From: Eledone cirrhosa
Lineage: Eukaryota
NCBI GenBank assembly: GCA_964016885.1
Contig: OZ024742.1
Location: forward strand, 258,912,001-258,976,000
Length of the DNA stretch: 64,000 nucleotides
Direction: 5' to 3'
Both the position numbers and the translations under genes were made by a program. Positions within the stretch are counted from its first letter, which is position 1, and each line of letters begins with the position of its first letter. Below the pieces are notes generated by a model. That model was not told the DNA's origin. It saw only the letters and a program-made list of their open reading frames with translations, and searched no databases. Positions 57,002 to 64,000 of this stretch are shown here, piece by piece.

Positions 57002-58214
57002 TAATAATATGTGATAGCTATATTGGTAGGACCTTCATCGATTACGAAGATGAGTGTTTCATGTATCGAATGAATTACGCATGAAATCGTGTAATGTTAT
57101 CATGTGTGTTGGACCTCCGTCATTTCCGGCGTCGAATATTCTAAGTGTTCAAAATAATGGAATTACTTGCTTATGAAATTAAATGCAAGTGGCTTACATG
57201 CTTGTACCGTTCATAAGATAATTATCAAGAAGATTCAGCATGACCCATGGTGGGACAAGATTGGAAGTTACAACTCATCTTTTTTAGATAAGTTCACTGG
57301 AGCGACATGAAATGAGGTGACGTGCTCAACGACAGAGCATACTGCAGCGAATCACACACAGGGCCTTCCGACAGTGAGCCCAGAATTCTAGCCATTAAAT
57401 CACAGACCTTCTCATATTATGTAGGAGAAAAGTAAGTGTGCAACAGTAGAATAATATGCCAGTTATCCATCTATATAGACTATTACATTTTACCGACGAA
57501 CAACCTGCGTAAGTCGATCGAAGGTTTAATTAAAACACCAGGGTATTAGAAATGACAAGAAAGTCAATTTTCCATTTCATTCTTTAGAGATCAATAGAAT
57601 AACTACCAGTTTAAGAGCGGTGGATTGTTTGAATTGGTAAAGAGGCGGATGGGATTCTGACAACGAAAAAACTGCGAATTTCTGCCAAGTATTTTGACCA
57701 CAACATAATAGCACCGAAAAGACTAATGCAAACATAAATTCTTTGGTTTGATATGGTATTCGGTTCCTTTCCTATTTTTGTAGTGTAGAAGCCATTTCTT
57801 ATATACCATCAAGGCACTATATTTTAAATGAGTATAAAGGTTAATAACTCTCCGGCAAAGACGCTCATTCGTCTTTTAAAATACAATGTTATCTTTGTAG
57901 GTAGATACTTATATGTTCACGTACGATTGAGGGGTGTTACGTATTTAGATTTATTCATTACGTAGTACATATTATATTGCATTTTTTGAAATATATACAT
58001 CAACATGTATGTTTTGTTAAGTTTAGACAGCCGTCGCAGATAGAAAATACCGGCGGAAAAAAACTGACCATATATATTGTCTCAACTTATATTTCTAATC
58101 ACAACTCTCCCAACGAAGAACTTTTAAATTTATATATGTTTATTCAGTTATTCATACGTGAACATAGGTATGTTGTATTGTTGAAGCATTAGCTTATAAA
58201 TAAGCATTTGTGTT

Positions 58215-58304
<90 letters not shown>

Positions 58305-58896
58305 ATTAATATGATGAAAGAAAAGAAAATTAAAGTAACAAACACTTTGGATTTTCATTACCTTCTCGGTATGATCGATACGATTCAGTGCACATCGTTG
58401 ACTGCTTAACCAATTAGGATGATTTTGCCAAACGTTTTGAAATATAAACTTATAAAAACTTCTTGAAGGCGTGCAGACATCAGAAACCGTTGCATGTGTC
58501 GATTTAACTGAATGTGGAATGTTCGTTTTTTTTATCTGTATTATGTTTTTTAGCTTCAACAGAGTAAATATTCAGCATTTCTGAAGTATATTCTATATAT
58601 ACTTTTGTAACTATTTTTTATTTCTATTCTTACATCACTCTTTTTTTTCAGTGAATAAACACGTAACTAATTTAGAGAAGAGTAAGGGGATTTTAGAAAA
58701 GATAAAATGAAAAATATCTGGACATGAAGAATACGATTGACCTTTTCTTATGAAGTCTGTATTAAGTAGTGCTGAAGCAGCATATATTATACGGTGAGAT
58801 AGGTCGATCAGGACATATTTATGAAAGGAAGCAAACATTGAAAGAGAGCGTAAATATGTGCATACATAGACAAAGACAGAGACACACACACTTATA

Positions 58897-59010
<114 letters not shown>

Positions 59011-59382
59011 AATACATACATACATTTGTATATATATATATATATATACATACATATATAAATATCATCCAGCAAGAATTGCTTCCCCCTGCATATTAAC
59101 TCTCTAAAAAGGGAAATCATATCAAACCTCAGTCCACCTTTTACCTCCATGGATCAACTAAGCACTCTTGCTATATTAACACATTTTGATCTGCTTAACT
59201 TCAATGACTATGCTTGGGAATAACATTATTTTTTCTTCCACATTGACATTTTATACTCTATATTATGTACGTTTTTTTTCCTTTTTCTTTTTTCTTTTCA
59301 CTTCATAAACCATGTTTGTAAATAACATTATTCTTTCTGCACCTTCTGTTTAAAGTGTGCGGCACCACACTAATACATTTCA

Positions 59383-59424
59383 CTATCATTTGATAATGCA
59401 TAAAAATGCTGAAACCGGTAATAG
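59383..59424 (+). ncRNA. Decayed minimal HHR
   Basis: UUGAUAA-u-gcau(aaaa)augc-u-GAAAC-CG-GUA|-auag. Two core substitutions. Confidence 0.5.
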
Positions 59425-59608
59425 ACAATAATTAAATAGATAAATAAATGCCATTGTTAAATAATAAATAAATCAACTAATACCTTAACACTTCACACGA
59501 AGTAAAACATTTCGTTTTAATCATTTTCTAACCCAGAAAAAAGAGAGACAGAAACAAAAAAGGAAAAGAATATATCTTTCTTCCTAATAATCGTCTCTTT
59601 CTCCCTGT

Positions 59609-59663
<55 letters not shown>

Positions 59664-59845
59664 GTTATGTATATATATATATATTTATATATATATATTA
59701 TATATATGTGTATATATATATACATATACATATATGTACGTATATAGATATAAAAGAATCATATAAGGTCAATTGTGATTCCATTAAGCAAGAAGGGATA
59801 TTTATGTGCCAGCATGCTATATATATCATACGTAAACATACATGA

Positions 59846-59913
<68 letters not shown>

Positions 59914-59949
59914 ATATACATATATGCACACGCACACACACACATACAT

Positions 59950-60020
<71 letters not shown>

Positions 60021-60761
60021 TATATATGAACAAATCCAAGACCCCGACGGTTGAGCTCCTGCTGTTTCAACAGCTAGATCCGAACTCGTGATTTCTTATG
60101 AATGAAGCAGTTCTACTCCTGTAGAATCAGTTCTATAATAAATTGAATATACTCTACTAAGGTATTGGGTACTTATTTTGACTTTTGGTTGTCTCCCAAT
60201 TAACATTATTATCCTACATATTATAAATACATATATAGTCGAGTGGCTTTGCATTGTCAGATGCAAGTTTAATCTTACTGCGATATAGATCCGGCATAAG
60301 ACAGGGTGTTTGGCAAGGTAGGATTACAGTTCTATGTGTCAAGTCTGTGTCAAGCCCGGAGGGTTATCAGGCCGGTGCTAACCACGGTTTCCATGGTGTT
60401 AAGCGACTGAGAGTACAATACAATACTCCCCAGGACAGAGGCGCCAGTCTATCGCAGGCTTTTAACTCGCACCTATTGCTGGCACTCATTTTCAGTTGCT
60501 TAAGAACACAACACAAAACCCAGACCAGGAATTGAAACAACAACGTCATGGTCGACACATTGGTGAAATAGAGACACGTGATCATGTCATTCTCCAGAAC
60601 TGATCAAGCCCCCAAAAGCTGAACTCAGAAAATGTTATCGAAACTTGATTAACATTTTAGTTTCTTACGTTATGATTTGGTATTTCCTCGTTTCTTATCA
60701 ATGGTAACGTATTTTATGCATTTTTAATTTTTGGCTGATTCATATAGCGGCAATCTTGTCC

Positions 60762-60807
<46 letters not shown>

Positions 60808-60990
60808 AAGTCATACATCTTGGAAAATGAAACAATTTATTAACCGGACAAAATTGCTGGTATCGGATATGTATGTATATAATTTTAATTCTCGCCCTAG
60901 CATAATTGATACATAAATGAAAGTATGCACACACACGTACACATGAATATATACATGACCTATACTTACATATATGCATATATGTGTGTT

Positions 60991-61076
<86 letters not shown>

Positions 61077-61319
61077 TGTACGCGTGCATACTTACACACA
61101 CACACACATACATACATACACACACACACATATATATATATACATTTAATTACGTAATAAACAACACAATATAATTATTCCATTTCTGTAAGGATCATCT
61201 GATTTCGTGAAAGCTTTGCTAATGGAATAATTATGTTGTGTTGTTTAATATGTAATTAAATATCTCTGTACAATACATAAACACTCTGCCTTCATTTATC
61301 TTTTCTACGGAAATACGTA

Positions 61320-61352
<33 letters not shown>

Positions 61353-61354
61353 CA

Positions 61355-62277
61355 AAAAGTATGTCCATAGCATCATTTGATAATATATATGCACAATTTC
61401 CTCTCCCAATTAGCATAATTAACCACACAAAAAATCAATTAGACCAGGCTATAAGAGTAAAAGGCACCTATGAAGAAATAGTAGATAAATAAACGACAGC
61501 AATCTCTTAGCGACCAACCGCTATAGAATATTTATTCAACATTTCAATAGCACGTGGAAACCGATTAAATATTTCGTCAATCATACACAATTAGGTATAA
61601 AATTAAAGTTAGAAGAAAAAATGCATATAGACATACCAGGATTACGTTTCTACCCTATGGTTTTATTCGCTTTCGGAAATATCTTATTAAGGATAAAATC
61701 TCGAGCTTCGAACTCATCAGGAAACAAACTCATTTGGACAAAGAATTTTCCTAAGTGATATCCGCCAGAAACGAATTCAAAATGGCTAAGAACTGTGACG
61801 TGGCAGTGGTCAAGTCAGAAATAATGTGATTGGTTGCTTACAGCGAATGGGCTGGTTGCTAGAAAGCGCAGACCAATATTGCCCAAATTGCATCTAAACC
61901 TTATGGGAGATTACTAAATATAAAGATTTACATATACACAAACTAGACAAAGTCACAGATATATATGTTTGGGCAACCATTCACGATGTGGCTCAATGAT
62001 GAATTAATAAATTAAATAATCAGAGCAATATACTATAAAGTATCTGCATAGAATCATTTGATAATATATATACACCATTTCCTCTCCCAATTAGCATAAT
62101 TGACCACACACAAAATCAATTAGACTAGGCTATAAGATTAAAAGGCACATATGAAGAAATAGTAGATAAATAAACGACAGCAATCTCTTCGCGACCAACC
62201 ACACTAGAATATTTATCGAGCATTTTAACAGCACGTGGAAATGGATTAAATATACCGTCAACCATACACAATTAGGT
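61355..62277 (-). mobile_element. Second locus of the ~680-bp tandem HHR unit (about 1.35 copies), TA-flanked; HHR at 61646-61725
   Basis: cctctcccaattagcataatt at 61400 and 62081 (period 681), colinear with 28813-29600. HHR: guuuc-CUGAUGA-guucg...cgaau-AAAAC(G12A)-cauagg-GUA|-gaaac. Confidence 0.88.
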
Positions 62278-62307
62278 AATATATATATATATATACATAC
62301 GTGCGTG

Positions 62308-62359
<52 letters not shown>

Positions 62360-62454
62360 TTTTGAGTTTATGTTGGTTGTATACCAACACCTCAGTATGC
62401 AGGCTGGAGCACTCGACGAAGTGCGCAGGTTGGTTTGGTTACTCCGGAGTAGTG

Positions 62455-62868
62455 TAAAATAAAGTTAAATAAAAGTCAAATGATTAAAATTTAGCTTCGT
62501 TTATTACTGCTATATATATTTCAGTGACAGCCATCTTTGGCTGTGACCTCTTCAGGCAGTTTGAATTAGTATGGTATAGACAAATACATATGTTGTTTAG
62601 GTGTATGATATTGTCAATACTCTGATATGCCCAGTTCCTTTCTGGGTTGTTAATTCACTTCCAGTTCCCCAGTGAATTAACAACCCAGAAAGGAACTGGG
62701 CATATCAGAGTATTGACAATATCATACACCTAAACAACATATGTATTTGTCTATACCATACTAATTCAAACTGCCTGAAGAGGTCACAGCCAAAGATGGC
62801 TGTCACTGAAATATATATAGCAGTAATAAACGAAGCTAAATTTTAATCATTTGACTTCTATTTAACTT

Positions 62869-62875
<7 letters not shown>
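62455..62875. repeat. Near-perfect ~205-bp-arm palindrome (one mismatch seen), 11-nt spacer, HHR in each arm
   Basis: 62455-62659 is the reverse complement of 62671-62875. The right end abuts (TA)n. Confidence 0.95.
62770..62824 (+). ncRNA. Type I HHR, intact core; identical mirror copy at 62506-62560 on the minus strand
   Basis: ACUGC-CUGAAGA-ggucacagcca(aaga)uggcugucacu-GAAA-UAUAUA-UA|-GCAGU. Confidence 0.9.
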
Positions 62876-62914
<39 letters not shown>

Positions 62915-62921
62915 GTGTGTG

Positions 62922-63049
62922 TGTGTGTGTGTGTATATTGTGTCGCGTCCCGTTATCTTGAGTGTACCTGGAGCTGATCGATATCGAAACAATTATAATA
63001 TACCATTAAAATTTGTACATATGCTGCGACACTGACTTCGATTGTAATT

Positions 63050-63135
<86 letters not shown>

Positions 63136-63685
63136 AATATATATGTATATATATATATATATATACAGTATTTTCCGTAGTGTTGTAATATAAATATTAC
63201 ACACAGTAGATGGACAGCTCACGTAGAGTTTGCTCGACGGTTCCAGTTGTAGTTCCAAAAGTAATCCGGAGAAAAATAGAAGGATTTAAATGGATACAGT
63301 TTAGTTAAAAGGAATTTGTTGACACGTGTTTGAATAACAGTTACATAACCTGAAAACAGCTGCTACAAAGTATTAGTTATGCAGACATTCAATATTTCAA
63401 TGTTATTATCAACTGTCATTTCATCACAATAATTTTACTGAGAACCTGTTTGGTTTTTATAGAGAATATTAGGAGGGAGGGGTGAAGTTGTTAGAAGAAT
63501 AGTTGAGGGAGTGGTTTTTTGATAGCAGTGAGAATGTTTGGTGGCAGTGAGTAATTAGATTCCCATCTGTTGTGTGTGTGTGTATATATTGTGTCGGGTC
63601 CCATTATCTTGAGTGTACCTGGAGCTGATCGATATCGAAACAATTATAATATGCCATTAAAATTTGTACATATGCTGCGACACTG
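62922..63685. repeat. ~115-bp direct repeats (62922-63034 and 63572-63685)
   Basis: tattgtgtcg.gtccc.ttatcttgagtgtacctggagctgatcg...gctgcgacactg occurs twice. Confidence 0.88.
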
Positions 63686-64000
63686 GACGAAAGGATACGT
63701 ACACTTGAAAGAAAAATTTAAGTCTGAATGTTAATTAAGTGCAAACACAAAACCAACCATGCATATATATACTATCTCTAATCCTTCTATAGATTTAGAA
63801 AAATAATCAATAATATATTCTATAAAAATGTCAAAACAACAGATGGGAATCTAATTACTCACTGCCACCAAAAATTCTCACTGCTATCAAAAAACCACTC
63901 CCTCAACTATTCTTCTAACAACTTCACCCCTCCCTCCTAATATTATCTATAAAAACCAAACAGGTCCTCAGTAAAATTATTCTGATGAAATAACAGTTGA
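63165..64000 (+). mobile_element. Second locus of the extended-stem-II HHR module: inverted copy 63165-63572 and forward copy from 63715 running off the window
   Basis: High identity to 37595-38283. The inverted copy has mutated core residues (GUGAUGA, CAAA). The forward copy shows ttattCTGATGA at the window end. Confidence 0.85.

Overview
AT-rich, repeat-dominated eukaryotic genomic DNA with no supportable host gene exon. The (TA)n/(CA)n/(GA)n microsatellite load and the SINE families resemble octopus (cephalopod) DNA, which is an inference. Almost all ORF-track entries are translated microsatellites. The real coding signal is retroelement debris: three clear Penelope-like element (PLE) fragments with GIY-YIG endonucleases, a decayed RTE LINE, an L1/Tx1-type 3' end and four 3' ends of a restriction-like-endonuclease LINE sitting in (CATA)n. 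There is also a non-autonomous Helitron, a pogo-like MITE and many tRNA-derived SINEs. The main hidden signal is a dense set of type I hammerhead ribozyme (HHR) motifs read by eye: about 10 with intact or near-intact cores and about 10 decayed. They lie at PLE 3' ends and in short non-coding modules next to (TA)n, which are often arranged as fold-back inverted repeats. Highlights are a ~680-bp tandem, HHR-bearing retrozyme-like unit at two loci, HHRs with a long branched insert in stem II, and a shared CTCCGGA...CGTCGAG motif downstream of the ribozymes. All structures were paired by hand; none was computed or tested.
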